A stretch of 64,000 bases of DNA. Origin: an archaeon. GTDB taxonomy: Archaea > Iainarchaeota > Iainarchaeia > Iainarchaeales > DTGL01. The stretch covers positions 532 through 64,531 of the forward strand of contig JAPDKC010000020.1 in NCBI GenBank assembly GCA_029258755.1. Direction: 5' to 3'. Each line of letters opens with the position of its first letter. The stretch's first letter is position 1. The translations under genes were made by a program, and so were the position numbers. The notes below the pieces were generated by a model, which was given only the letters and a program-made list of their open reading frames with translations, did no database searches and had not been told where the DNA came from. Positions 45,012-53,866 of the stretch are shown in pieces.

Positions 45012-46616
45012 ATGAAGCTCTCTAAAGAAATAAAGCCAAGTTACATAGTTTTTATCGTTCTTGTTTTCTTTTGGTCGTTGTGTTTGCTATCTGTGCTGAA
45101 CAAATACCTTACAGTGGATGAATCAGTGTATATAGTTGCTGGCTATTCCTATCTTAAAGAGTTGGATTTTAGGATGAATCAGGAGCATCCAATATTTGCA
45201 AAGCTTCTTTATGGAATTCCGCTTTTGTTTATAAATCCCAAATTGCCTACGAAAAGCGAGAACTGGGAAAGAATGGGTCAAAGAATAGATGTGGGCGCTA
45301 GCTATAATTTTGCTGCAGATTTTTACAATGAAAATAAGGATGAATTTAGAGCAATAGTACTTTCCGCTCGTGTAGTTGTAATAACGCTTGCAGCACTGCT
45401 GGCTTTCTTTGTGTTCCGCTGGACTTACGAACTTTTTGGTTTTAGAGCTGCTATGCTTGCACTCCTCATCTTTTGTTTTGAGCCAAATATTATAGCACAT
45501 GCGAGGTTAGCTACATTAGACATGCCTCTAACCTTTTTCGTTTTTGTGAGCTTCTACTTCTTCTGGAAATATGCTCAATCATCGAAGCAAATATTTCTTT
45601 GGGTTTCAGCTATTGCGTTATCTTTAGCGATACTTACTAAATATACGGCTTTACTTTTCTTTCCCTTGCTTTTCCTGTTTGCTTTATCGCAATATAAAGC
45701 TTTGCGCATAGCTCAACCGAGCTTCTTTAAAAAGCATAGCGAGCTTCTCCATTACGCATCCATTTTTCTAGTATTCCTTTTCATTCCTATAGTAATAGCA
45801 AATCTCTTGTATGCTTTTGAGAGCTATAAGCCCAATTACTACCTTTTCATTCCTGCACGAATGCTTGAAGGTTTTGATTTTATAAGCAGATGGGTTTCAG
45901 CCGGTAGAGAAGGTTATTTGCTTGGTGAGTTCCGCACTTTCATACCAGAGTATTTCCTTATAGCTTTCCTTATAAAAAGCACCTTGCCTTTTCTTATCCT
46001 TCTTGCCCTTTCCATCTACCTTTTCCTAAAAAACCGCAATAAAGAAGCATTTAGTATCTTAATGCCAGCACTCCTCTTCTTTATTCTTGTTTCTCTTTTC
46101 AGCAGGTTCTATCTGGGTTTGCGCTACATATTACCAGCATATCCTTTCCTGTGCGTCTTTATTTCTGGCTCTTTGGCTTCTGAGCTTAAAGATGCAAACA
46201 AGCGCAAACTAAGTATTGCTATTGTTGCTCTGCTTGTTTGGCACATTTATTCGTCTCTTTCTATATTCCCTCATTATCTCGCTTACTTCAATGAGCTTGT
46301 AGGCGGTCCTGCAAATGGACCAAAGTATCTGAGCGATTCGAATATTGACTGGGGCCAGGATTTATTCTACTTTATCGAATTTGCAAGGGAAAACAGCTTA
46401 GAAAATCCAAATTTTATCTATTTTGGTTGGCCATATGCAACCATGTTTTTGCAAGCACGTTACGAGCCAATATGCAAGCCTACTAATACAAAAATTGCTG
46501 TAAGCGTTACGAGAATAATCGGGCTTACAAAGGACGACAACTGCCTGCGCTGGCTGCTTAACTATGAGCCAAAAGCAAGAATCGGATGGAGCATTTATTA
46601 TTATGAGATAGAATAA
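45012..46616 (+). CDS. GT-C fold glycosyltransferase (PMT/ArnT-like, GT39/83)
   Basis: TVDE, EHP, ARLATLD, TKYT, LRYILP, DSNIDWGQD; multiple TM helices. Confidence 0.85.
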   Translation: MKLSKEIKPSYIVFIVLVFFWSLCLLSVLNKYLTVDESVYIVAGYSYLKELDFRMNQEHPIFAKLLYGIPLLFINPKLPTKSENWERMGQRIDVGASYNFAADFYNENKDEFRAIVLSARVVVITLAALLAFFVFRWTYELFGFRAAMLALLIFCFEPNIIAHARLATLDMPLTFFVFVSFYFFWKYAQSSKQIFLWVSAIALSLAILTKYTALLFFPLLFLFALSQYKALRIAQPSFFKKHSELLHYASIFLVFLFIPIVIANLLYAFESYKPNYYLFIPARMLEGFDFISRWVSAGREGYLLGEFRTFIPEYFLIAFLIKSTLPFLILLALSIYLFLKNRNKEAFSILMPALLFFILVSLFSRFYLGLRYILPAYPFLCVFISGSLASELKDANKRKLSIAIVALLVWHIYSSLSIFPHYLAYFNELVGGPANGPKYLSDSNIDWGQDLFYFIEFARENSLENPNFIYFGWPYATMFLQARYEPICKPTNTKIAVSVTRIIGLTKDDNCLRWLLNYEPKARIGWSIYYYEIE

Positions 46617-46620
46617 AAAA

Positions 46621-47106
46621 TTAATGCAATAGTAATTTCCCCCTTGCTAATCTTCGAGCTACTTCTTCTGCTATTTTTCTAATGTCCTTTTCCCATTGTT
46701 CTGAAAAGTATCTCCTTAGCACATCTTTTGGATATTTCTGAGCATCTGCTTTAAGCCCACGCTTTTCAACAAACCTGCGAACATGCTTAGCGATAAGCCA
46801 TGAAGCATAGCCTTCTCCAAACATTCCCCTGATGATACCACTTAAACCTCTTTTTTCTTTAGCAGCCTTTTCAATTAGCGTGCAGAGAAACCTTCCCTTT
46901 AATATATCTGGAATCTCTAATGATTTATCAGCGGTTAATTGTCTTCCCCAATCAACCAACGCTGAAAAAAGCGAGCTTCTTTTTCCAAGCCGTATTTTTA
47001 CATTTCTGCCAATGGGCCTTCTGGGCTCTTTTCCTGGAAGGCCTGGAACTCTGGCAGAGAGCTGTTTTATCATTTTCTTATATGTTTTTCCTCCTCTTCT
47101 CGGCAT
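46621..47106 (-). CDS. Orphan basic protein
   Basis: 161-aa ORF starting MPRRGGKTYKK. Confidence 0.65.
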   Translation of the reverse strand: MPRRGGKTYKKMIKQLSARVPGLPGKEPRRPIGRNVKIRLGKRSSLFSALVDWGRQLTADKSLEIPDILKGRFLCTLIEKAAKEKRGLSGIIRGMFGEGYASWLIAKHVRRFVEKRGLKADAQKYPKDVLRRYFSEQWEKDIRKIAEEVARRLARGKLLLH

Positions 47107-47285
47107 GCAAGTTCAATAAAATTATCCAATTGTATTTTAAAAATTTTCTGTAAAAGTCGGTTTTTTGGGAAAGGTTTTAAAGGTCATTTTCGCTATATTT
47201 AAAGAAATATGTAAAAATTTGTTCCTTTCTTACATTAGTTATATCTTTGTCCACAAGTAGGTTTTAATTTGGTGGGTGATTCACT

Positions 47286-47405
47286 ATGCCGGCAAGAAAG
47301 CCGAAAAGGAACGTAGTTCCAAAAGAGGTTTCTAGACGGAATGTACATGCCAACAGAAGGCAAAATCTAAGAATTAGGAGCTTAAGAAGGACAGGAAACA
47401 GGTAG
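47286..47405 (+). CDS. Very small basic peptide (39 aa)
   Basis: MPARKPKRNVVPKEVSRRNVHANRRQNLRIRSLRRTGNR, preceded by a GGTGAT SD. Confidence 0.55.
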   Translation: MPARKPKRNVVPKEVSRRNVHANRRQNLRIRSLRRTGNR

Positions 47406-47419
47406 TTTTTGCTTAACTA

Positions 47420-47890
47420 CTATCTTCCATATATAAACAATATTTTGAGCTTCCTTGTGTCTATTCCTTCTTGTTTTGCAAGTCGCTTCGCTAAACCTTC
47501 CAATTTTGGCCTTTCTCTATCAAACGCTTCCCTTTGCATACTGCTTGTTATGTTTCCTATTCTTACAACTCCTCCGGATTTTTTTATTTCTTCTATTCGG
47601 GGCGCTATAAAAATAATAGCACGTGTTATTCCCTCTCCTTCTCGAAAAGTAATGCCTACAATCATAGGCACTCTTTGTTTGCCTATTGCTCCATGTTTGA
47701 ATTTCACTACCTTTCTAAAGAGATGCACTTTATCGCCTTCATAATCAACAAGTTTTTTCATTCCTAATGTTTCAGCGGCAATTGGTTGCCAGCCTCTAAA
47801 GAATACATTCTTATAAATTCGCCTAATAAAATTTCTTAATTTAGGAAGCATCCCTCCTGCCTTTTTTCTTAAAATTCCTTTTTTCACCAT
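47420..47890 (-). CDS. Orphan basic protein
   Basis: 156-aa ORF starting MVKKGILRKK. Confidence 0.6.
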   Translation of the reverse strand: MVKKGILRKKAGGMLPKLRNFIRRIYKNVFFRGWQPIAAETLGMKKLVDYEGDKVHLFRKVVKFKHGAIGKQRVPMIVGITFREGEGITRAIIFIAPRIEEIKKSGGVVRIGNITSSMQREAFDRERPKLEGLAKRLAKQEGIDTRKLKILFIYGR

Positions 47891-47949
47891 AAAGATATCT
47901 TTGTTTAATTTTTAATACAAATGTTTTTCCTCTCTTATATCATTTACTT

Positions 47950-48771
47950 TTACTTTCTTTTTCTGGGTTTTTGTTTCTTCCATCTTTTATCTTTGTGCAT
48001 AAGCTCTTTCAATCTTCTTACGGTTTCCCTTTTTGCCCTTCGATATTTTTCTCCAAACCTCCTAAGCATTTGCTCGTATCTGCGCATTGCTTCCGGTTTT
48101 TCTATAAACATTGCTGCGTTTTTAGCGTGCTCTATACCGCAAAGCACAACAACATTTTCCCCTTCTTTTAACCTTCTCGCAACTGATGTTGCAGATTTTG
48201 CTATTAAAAAATCTAGAAATTTTTGTTCGGGCATACGCTCTTTTAATTTATTTAATGCTTTTAGGTACCTTCTAAAGTTTAGCATTACAGGAACATTATA
48301 AATCCTGCTGAGAGCATCGCTTTTAGCAATGAGGGCTCCGACACGTGTCTCTAATAGCAGCTCAAATAACAGGTGCATTCTTAATGCTCGGACAAACTTC
48401 TTGTATAGCTTTGCATCCTTTTTGCCTAATGCCTCTTCAAGTTTTTTGTTTAAATGGTTCCTAATAGCGGCAGTTTCTGCTGGGGGAAAAACATTCGCTG
48501 CTTCGTATCTAAGTAGCTCAGAGAAAAGTAGTGTATAAGCCCACTCTCCAAGAGATATTGTATCAGATTCTGAAGAAGGTTCAACAAGAATTACAGTGTT
48601 GTTAGGATAGAGTCCGTTCTTCGAGAAATAGTTCTTTATCCTTTCCCTATCCCTTTTGGAAGGAGTGCCAATTCTAACAACACGATCCTTTGTCCTTTTT
48701 CTTTTTCCATGAGCAATTCCTATTATATGAATTCTTCTTCCCTTATAATCTAATTCCTTTATTTCGATCAT
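47950..48771 (-). CDS. TraB/Tiki/EreA-superfamily-like protein with basic C-terminal tail
   Basis: IHIIGIAH, VILVEP and VVVLCGIEH match the spacing of the TraB-type H/E/H motifs; ends KKQKPRKRK. Confidence 0.5.
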   Translation of the reverse strand: MIEIKELDYKGRRIHIIGIAHGKRKRTKDRVVRIGTPSKRDRERIKNYFSKNGLYPNNTVILVEPSSESDTISLGEWAYTLLFSELLRYEAANVFPPAETAAIRNHLNKKLEEALGKKDAKLYKKFVRALRMHLLFELLLETRVGALIAKSDALSRIYNVPVMLNFRRYLKALNKLKERMPEQKFLDFLIAKSATSVARRLKEGENVVVLCGIEHAKNAAMFIEKPEAMRRYEQMLRRFGEKYRRAKRETVRRLKELMHKDKRWKKQKPRKRK

Positions 48772-48843
48772 TATTATCGCTACAGCAAATCTTCTCTTGT
48801 TTTATAGAAAAATAATATAAATAACCAATTTTTATTTTTAGGC

Positions 48844-49623
48844 ATGGGCAGGCCTAAAAAGATTAGAAAGAGGATCCCTGATAAAGATATGGAAAGACGC
48901 GTAGAACGCACTATAATGGAAGGGCTTCCATGGAGTATAGATGATGGCATTTGGGGCGAAAAGCAGCGCAAGTATAGAGCTATACTTGAAAGGATAAAAA
49001 GAACAGAAGGCATCGAAGCAATGAAAGCATTTATTGAGACACGTAGAAGGCTTTACAGGGCAAGAAAGGAAACTCTTAAAGCTTTGCGCTCCTGGGTTAT
49101 GAAACGCGTTGAAAGATACCCAGATTTCTATGGTGTTTTTGTACATGGAAGCTTTGCTTATGGAAAAGCAGAGCCAAGGGATATAGACCTTATCCCCTTA
49201 GTGCATCCAAAAGCAGATAAAAACCGTTTAACACAGATATTTTTGGGGCCCGATGGTATTACAAATGTTCCTTTGGGTGAGCGCAGAATTCCTTTGGATC
49301 CTTTTGCGTGGGGAGGTTCTATAAAAGATAGATCTCTCAAGCTTGGCTTTGATGTTTTTCTTAGGATTTGGAGTAGCTTTAGGTTTTCTCCTACGGCAGA
49401 ATGGTTTGAGGAGAGAGGCATACATATAAAAGAGTTCTATGTCGGAGTTACTCCCGATCTTTTTATAGGTGACCCAGCCGTTCATACAATACTACGCGAA
49501 ATGGTAGATCTGATCAAAAAATATAACCCTGCAGGTGAATCTCAACTCAAAGAAATTTATGAAAAACACTTAAAAAATAAGATAGAAGAATACATGAAAA
49601 AGCGAGGACAGAAAATGCAATAG
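48844..49623 (+). CDS. Pol-beta-type nucleotidyltransferase-domain protein with basic N-terminus
   Basis: GVFVHGSFAYGKAEPRDIDL (hGS...DxD motif). Confidence 0.7.
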   Translation: MGRPKKIRKRIPDKDMERRVERTIMEGLPWSIDDGIWGEKQRKYRAILERIKRTEGIEAMKAFIETRRRLYRARKETLKALRSWVMKRVERYPDFYGVFVHGSFAYGKAEPRDIDLIPLVHPKADKNRLTQIFLGPDGITNVPLGERRIPLDPFAWGGSIKDRSLKLGFDVFLRIWSSFRFSPTAEWFEERGIHIKEFYVGVTPDLFIGDPAVHTILREMVDLIKKYNPAGESQLKEIYEKHLKNKIEEYMKKRGQKMQ

Positions 49624-49684
49624 TAATCGCAGGTATCTTAATTATTTATTCAATATGAACTCACTAGCCAATCCGCCATTCGGA

Positions 49685-50206
49685 TTATTTTACTTTCACA
49701 CGTTTTCTTCCAAACAATTTTCGATTTACGTTTGTAAAGATAATGTTACCTTTCCTATCAACTATCACATAACTGTAGCGCTTGCGCAATCTTTGTATCT
49801 TGGGATTTTTAGAATTTTTAATTGAATCTCCCAACTCTTCTAATGCTTTGCGAACTTTTTTAGCGCCTTCGAAAACACTTATCACAGAGGCGCCAAAGCT
49901 AGCACCTGTAAAGCCAGCAAGAAGTCTTGTAGAGCGAGTTTCTGGTGTTCTTCCTTTCATCGAGCTGGTAATTAAATATAGAAGTCCTCCTGCGGATAGT
50001 GAAAGAAGCACCCCAGCAACATTGCGCTCAAATCGCGCTGTTTTTATCTTATCAACGTGTTTCCTAATCTCATCTGGAAGCTCTTCGTAGTTAAAGCCCC
50101 TTTCTTTAATTACAACTCTTTTAGCGGCTTTCGGATTGCGAATTGTTCGAACAGCCCTTTTTAAAGAAATTTTCGTTCTCCTAATAGGATTTCTCTTTTT
50201 TGGCAT
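49685..50206 (-). CDS. Orphan two-TM protein with basic termini
   Basis: Start MPKKRNPIRR after GGTGAT; two Gly-rich hydrophobic segments; ends RKRVKVK. Confidence 0.65.
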   Translation of the reverse strand: MPKKRNPIRRTKISLKRAVRTIRNPKAAKRVVIKERGFNYEELPDEIRKHVDKIKTARFERNVAGVLLSLSAGGLLYLITSSMKGRTPETRSTRLLAGFTGASFGASVISVFEGAKKVRKALEELGDSIKNSKNPKIQRLRKRYSYVIVDRKGNIIFTNVNRKLFGRKRVKVK

Positions 50207-50399
50207 TATATCACCATTCATTGGCTAACTATATATCCAACTTAAAAAACGTTTTCTTCTATAAAAACATTTCGTTCACTAAAAAGGTAAAAAAGCTTTC
50301 ATAAATTTTATTTCACTATGCTATTAGGGGTAAGAAAATGAAAAGACCTTGGTACTATTTTTATTTTACCGAATGGATTGAGATATAAGTGATTTTAAT

Positions 50400-51329
50400 A
50401 TGAAAAAGCGTAGAGTTGTGCCAAAGAGAGCCGAGCTTTTGAAGCGCTTGAAAGAAGGAGAAAGGAAAAAGATCAAAAGTTCTGCACTTTTGCAGAAATT
50501 TGAACAGCTCGTAAAATGGCTTGCGTACCAGCAATATGGTAGAGAAGTGTTAACAGAACAGGAAATGTTAAAAGTTTGTAGAAGAGCTGCAAAAATACTT
50601 CTAGAGAAACCTTTTGTACCAAGGGAAACAAAGTTAGATGCCCTTAAAGGTTCTCGCTTTATTTATGTTGCAGGATTAGATTCACTCAATAAAAGGTGCT
50701 TTAAGAAATTTCCTTATAGGTGGAAGAGCTTTTTGCGCACAGGGCTTAGAGTAGAAATTCACACAATTATAGGCAGCCCTCTATATGGCCCTTTGCTTCG
50801 AGGATCTGTCGCGAGAGTTAAAGTAGTTCCTGACAGGGAAAAATGGCTTAAAGTTCCAGAGATCGCAAACGCATTGCGGTACCGCAGAATTCGTGATTAT
50901 TCCTCACATGTGAAGGATTCAATAGGATACGTAGCATGCAAATTTCACAAGGTATCTAATAACAATTACGCGTTAGTTATCTGGAATATTCAGCACCGCG
51001 GCCAATCTCTGCCAAGATGGTTTGCTAGCCGCTGCAAGAACTGGGAAGTTGATCTAATTGAAATGCTCGAAACGCTTGCGAAAAAAGCCGGCGCAAAATA
51101 CGTGGCTGTGCCTAAAGGAGATCTATTCTTGCGCTTCTTCAAGGATTTTTATCCAGAAGATAAATTGAAAAAGCTTGCAGAAGAGTACAGAAGATTCGAA
51201 AATAAATTCAGGGAGATGGGCTACAAAAGTGCAGATATAGCACTAAAAGTTCCGTTCTTCAAAATACCTCTTACTCAACCCACTGAAGTGAATGTAACCG
51301 ACTACATGCTCTGGAAGGAGTTAAAATAA
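50400..51329 (+). CDS. Orphan protein, possible GNAT/VirK-like C-terminal domain
   Basis: Start MKKRRVVPKR; ALVIWNIQ...LIEMLETLAKKAGAKYVAVP. Confidence 0.6.
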   Translation: MKKRRVVPKRAELLKRLKEGERKKIKSSALLQKFEQLVKWLAYQQYGREVLTEQEMLKVCRRAAKILLEKPFVPRETKLDALKGSRFIYVAGLDSLNKRCFKKFPYRWKSFLRTGLRVEIHTIIGSPLYGPLLRGSVARVKVVPDREKWLKVPEIANALRYRRIRDYSSHVKDSIGYVACKFHKVSNNNYALVIWNIQHRGQSLPRWFASRCKNWEVDLIEMLETLAKKAGAKYVAVPKGDLFLRFFKDFYPEDKLKKLAEEYRRFENKFREMGYKSADIALKVPFFKIPLTQPTEVNVTDYMLWKELK

Positions 51330-51394
51330 ATTTCAGGTTGGATGTGAAAAAGAAGAGCAATTTACCATAATTGTTATAATATTGCAACAAGCCC

Positions 51395-51497
51395 CAATTA
51401 CTCCTACTATAGCCTGATTCTAACTATTTCTCTTTTTCCAATGTAAGCAGTGTATGAGCCTGCCCAAATTTCAATCCTACCATAGTCCGATTCTAAC
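51395..51497 (-). CRISPR. Degenerate two-repeat, one-spacer CRISPR-like mini-array without local cas genes
   Basis: Minus-strand 30-nt repeat GTTAGAATCGGACTATGGTAGGATTGAAAT (51468-51497), 43-nt spacer, then degenerate copy GTTAGAATCAGGCTATAGTAGGAGTAATTG (51395-51424; 20/23 identical at the 5' end). Confidence 0.65.
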
Positions 51498-51561
51498 TTG
51501 CTTGTTATATAGTAATTCGTTTTCATTAAATTAAAATTTCTTCAATAAAATTTAAATTCCC

Positions 51562-52188
51562 CTATTTCTTTTTGTGCCGAAAATGTCTTTGCGATATTTC
51601 TCTAATCTCCTTTCTTAGCTCATCGATTTTCCTTCTATGATGCCTTATATGATCTTTATATTCTTTTCCTCCAAAACGTCGCAGTGTAAGCGCTCTCATA
51701 AGATGCCTTTTTCTGACCCCGTGGAAAAATGGTGCCCTGCCAAAAACATGAGCCACAAAATCAGCCCTCTTTTTACCTCTTTCGGTAGCAAATAAAGCTG
51801 CAGTTAAAACATTTTTAAATTCAAGCTTTTGAAGCGATTTTTTTATGTTTTCTACTGTTTTCCCAGTTGAAATGAATTCTTCCAAAATAAGTGCATTTTG
51901 CCCTTTTTTATGTTTAAGCGAAGGAAAAAGATGTGCAAGCTTCTTTGCGATCTTTTCCGGGCTCAAGAGATAAGCACTTGGCATTGTTCCGAGAGCATAA
52001 AAAGTTGGCATGGGCTTTTTAGGAAAAAGCTCGCGCCAAAAATGCCTAAAAAGCCAAGCTACTGGCTGCGCACTAGAGCCCGCAACAATAACAACTCTTA
52101 CGTTATTTTTTTCCGCAAATTTTACGATCTCAGAAACCCCTTCTGCAATAAGCTTTTTTTCCTCTTCTGTAAGCTCGATTTTTTCCAT
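51562..52188 (-). CDS. Phosphoribosyltransferase-fold protein, paralog 1
   Basis: ALILEEFISTGKT PRPP-loop-like motif; VAGSSAQP shared with the neighbour. Confidence 0.65.
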   Translation of the reverse strand: MEKIELTEEEKKLIAEGVSEIVKFAEKNNVRVVIVAGSSAQPVAWLFRHFWRELFPKKPMPTFYALGTMPSAYLLSPEKIAKKLAHLFPSLKHKKGQNALILEEFISTGKTVENIKKSLQKLEFKNVLTAALFATERGKKRADFVAHVFGRAPFFHGVRKRHLMRALTLRRFGGKEYKDHIRHHRRKIDELRKEIREISQRHFRHKKK

Positions 52189-52192
52189 AGGA

Positions 52193-52816
52193 TCACTTCA
52201 AGAACTTTCTTCTCAATACTCTAAGGTTTTGCTTATCGACCATAGACATTCTTTTTATTCGTAGCCGTAGATGCTGAAGCTCTTTTAAGACCTCTTTCCT
52301 ACTTTTTCTTCCCTCGCGAAGAGCACGCTCTATAGCATTTCTCCTTGCTTTATAGAAAAATGGCGGCAGTGATTCTTCAAAGGAGTAAAAATCGCAAAAA
52401 GCTTGGCCCATAGGTTTGGCAAAGAGGGCGGCTTTGTAAACTCTTTTCTTTCCAACCCCTTTTAATATTCTTTCTATTGCTTGCATTGTTTGGCCTAATT
52501 CAACGAACTCATCCATTATTACTATCGGTTCATTAATCTTATTGATATCAAAATTGTCTGATATCATCTTTTTCATAACATCTTCTTTTCTTTTAGATTC
52601 TAGAGGGATCCTCCCGAGAGCGTAAAATTTTGGCATCTTTTCATTTGGAAAAAGTCTGCGCCAAAGAGCTCTAAATAACTTTGCTAATGGTTGCGCACTG
52701 GAACCAGCAACAATTATGCTCTTGGCCTTCTTTTTCCGAACAAAGCCAATGAGCTTTAATGTTCCTATAATTATTTTTTGTTCCTCTCCATCAAATCTTT
52801 CAAAAGGAACTTCCAT
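52193..52816 (-). CDS. Phosphoribosyltransferase-fold protein, paralog 2
   Basis: IVIMDEFVELGQT; VAGSSAQP.A.LFR..WR.LFP...MP.FYALG shared with paralog 1. Confidence 0.65.
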   Translation of the reverse strand: MEVPFERFDGEEQKIIIGTLKLIGFVRKKKAKSIIVAGSSAQPLAKLFRALWRRLFPNEKMPKFYALGRIPLESKRKEDVMKKMISDNFDINKINEPIVIMDEFVELGQTMQAIERILKGVGKKRVYKAALFAKPMGQAFCDFYSFEESLPPFFYKARRNAIERALREGRKSRKEVLKELQHLRLRIKRMSMVDKQNLRVLRRKFLK

Positions 52817-52888
52817 CCTACCACATAGTTTTTTATATCAAAAACAAAATTATTTAAATGCTCTAAAATTATTATACTTTTGGTCTTT

Positions 52889-53860
52889 ATGCCCGTGCCC
52901 AAAAGAAGAAAAGCGGCTAGAAAAGAAAGAATCAGAAGATTTCTTGGCACTCTTTCCAGAAAGAAGAGGGCAAAACTAATAAAGACATTTCAGAAGGTGG
53001 ATGTAGAAAAGATTCAAGAAGAGATGGCTAAGCGCATAAACGAAAATATCGCTAAGCTTAAAGAAGAAAGCAAAGGGTTTTTATTAGAAAAACGCGGAAT
53101 GGTTTTTAAAAATGAAGGAGCAATGAATAGAGCTAAAAGAAGGTTTGAAAGAAGTTTAATAGGGTTCATAGATGAGAAGATAAAGAATGCGCCTCCTCTG
53201 GAAAGAGCTAAAATTTTGCAAGCAATGCAAGAGGTCTTGTTTGAAGGAGGCATTGTTGTTGTTATCCCAAAATCTTCAGATAGAATTCCTACTATAGCGG
53301 AAACCTATGCTGAGCTCACAGCAGATGTTGTGCATGAAGCACTAATTTCTGCAAGGAAACATGTATTAAAACGTTTTTCTGAGCTTCCAAAAGAGCAAAG
53401 GCATTTCTTTTTTCTTGCCCCATTCACACCTAAAAACGTCAGCATTGCAATAATAAACTTCCCTGAAACAAGGGAAGCAACTCACAAAAGCTTAAATTAT
53501 CTTAAGGGTGCTGTAAAGGTTAAAGATGGAAGGCTCGTATTTAGTAGCTCTCTCGTTGAGAAAGCTAAAGAAACAATGAAAAGAGTCCTTTTAAAATGGT
53601 TCCATGAAAACTACTCGGATGTGCCGAAAGAATACAGGAGAAAATTTTGCCAAACGGTTGTGGAAAGCGTTCGAAAAAGGGAACTTAAATTACTCAAACT
53701 CCCTTCACAAACCAAGGCTCTTATGAAAACATTGTTTGACCTCTCTCCAGAACAAATAAAGATTTTAGATGCTTATCATGCAAAAATAGAGGAGGTAATG
53801 TTAGATGCTGCAAAAGCTCTTGAGAAAGAGGCAAGAAAAAAGATGCAAGAAAATGTCTAA
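52889..53860 (+). CDS. Orphan helical protein with basic N-terminus
   Basis: Start MPVPKRRKAARKERIRR; no family recognised. Confidence 0.65.
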   Translation: MPVPKRRKAARKERIRRFLGTLSRKKRAKLIKTFQKVDVEKIQEEMAKRINENIAKLKEESKGFLLEKRGMVFKNEGAMNRAKRRFERSLIGFIDEKIKNAPPLERAKILQAMQEVLFEGGIVVVIPKSSDRIPTIAETYAELTADVVHEALISARKHVLKRFSELPKEQRHFFFLAPFTPKNVSIAIINFPETREATHKSLNYLKGAVKVKDGRLVFSSSLVEKAKETMKRVLLKWFHENYSDVPKEYRRKFCQTVVESVRKRELKLLKLPSQTKALMKTLFDLSPEQIKILDAYHAKIEEVMLDAAKALEKEARKKMQENV

Positions 53861-53866
53861 GCATTA

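Noticed and set aside
46621..53860. Provirus or integrated plasmid
   Set aside because: No integrase, replication, capsid or packaging gene recognised, no flanking direct repeats seen, and gene orientation is mixed.
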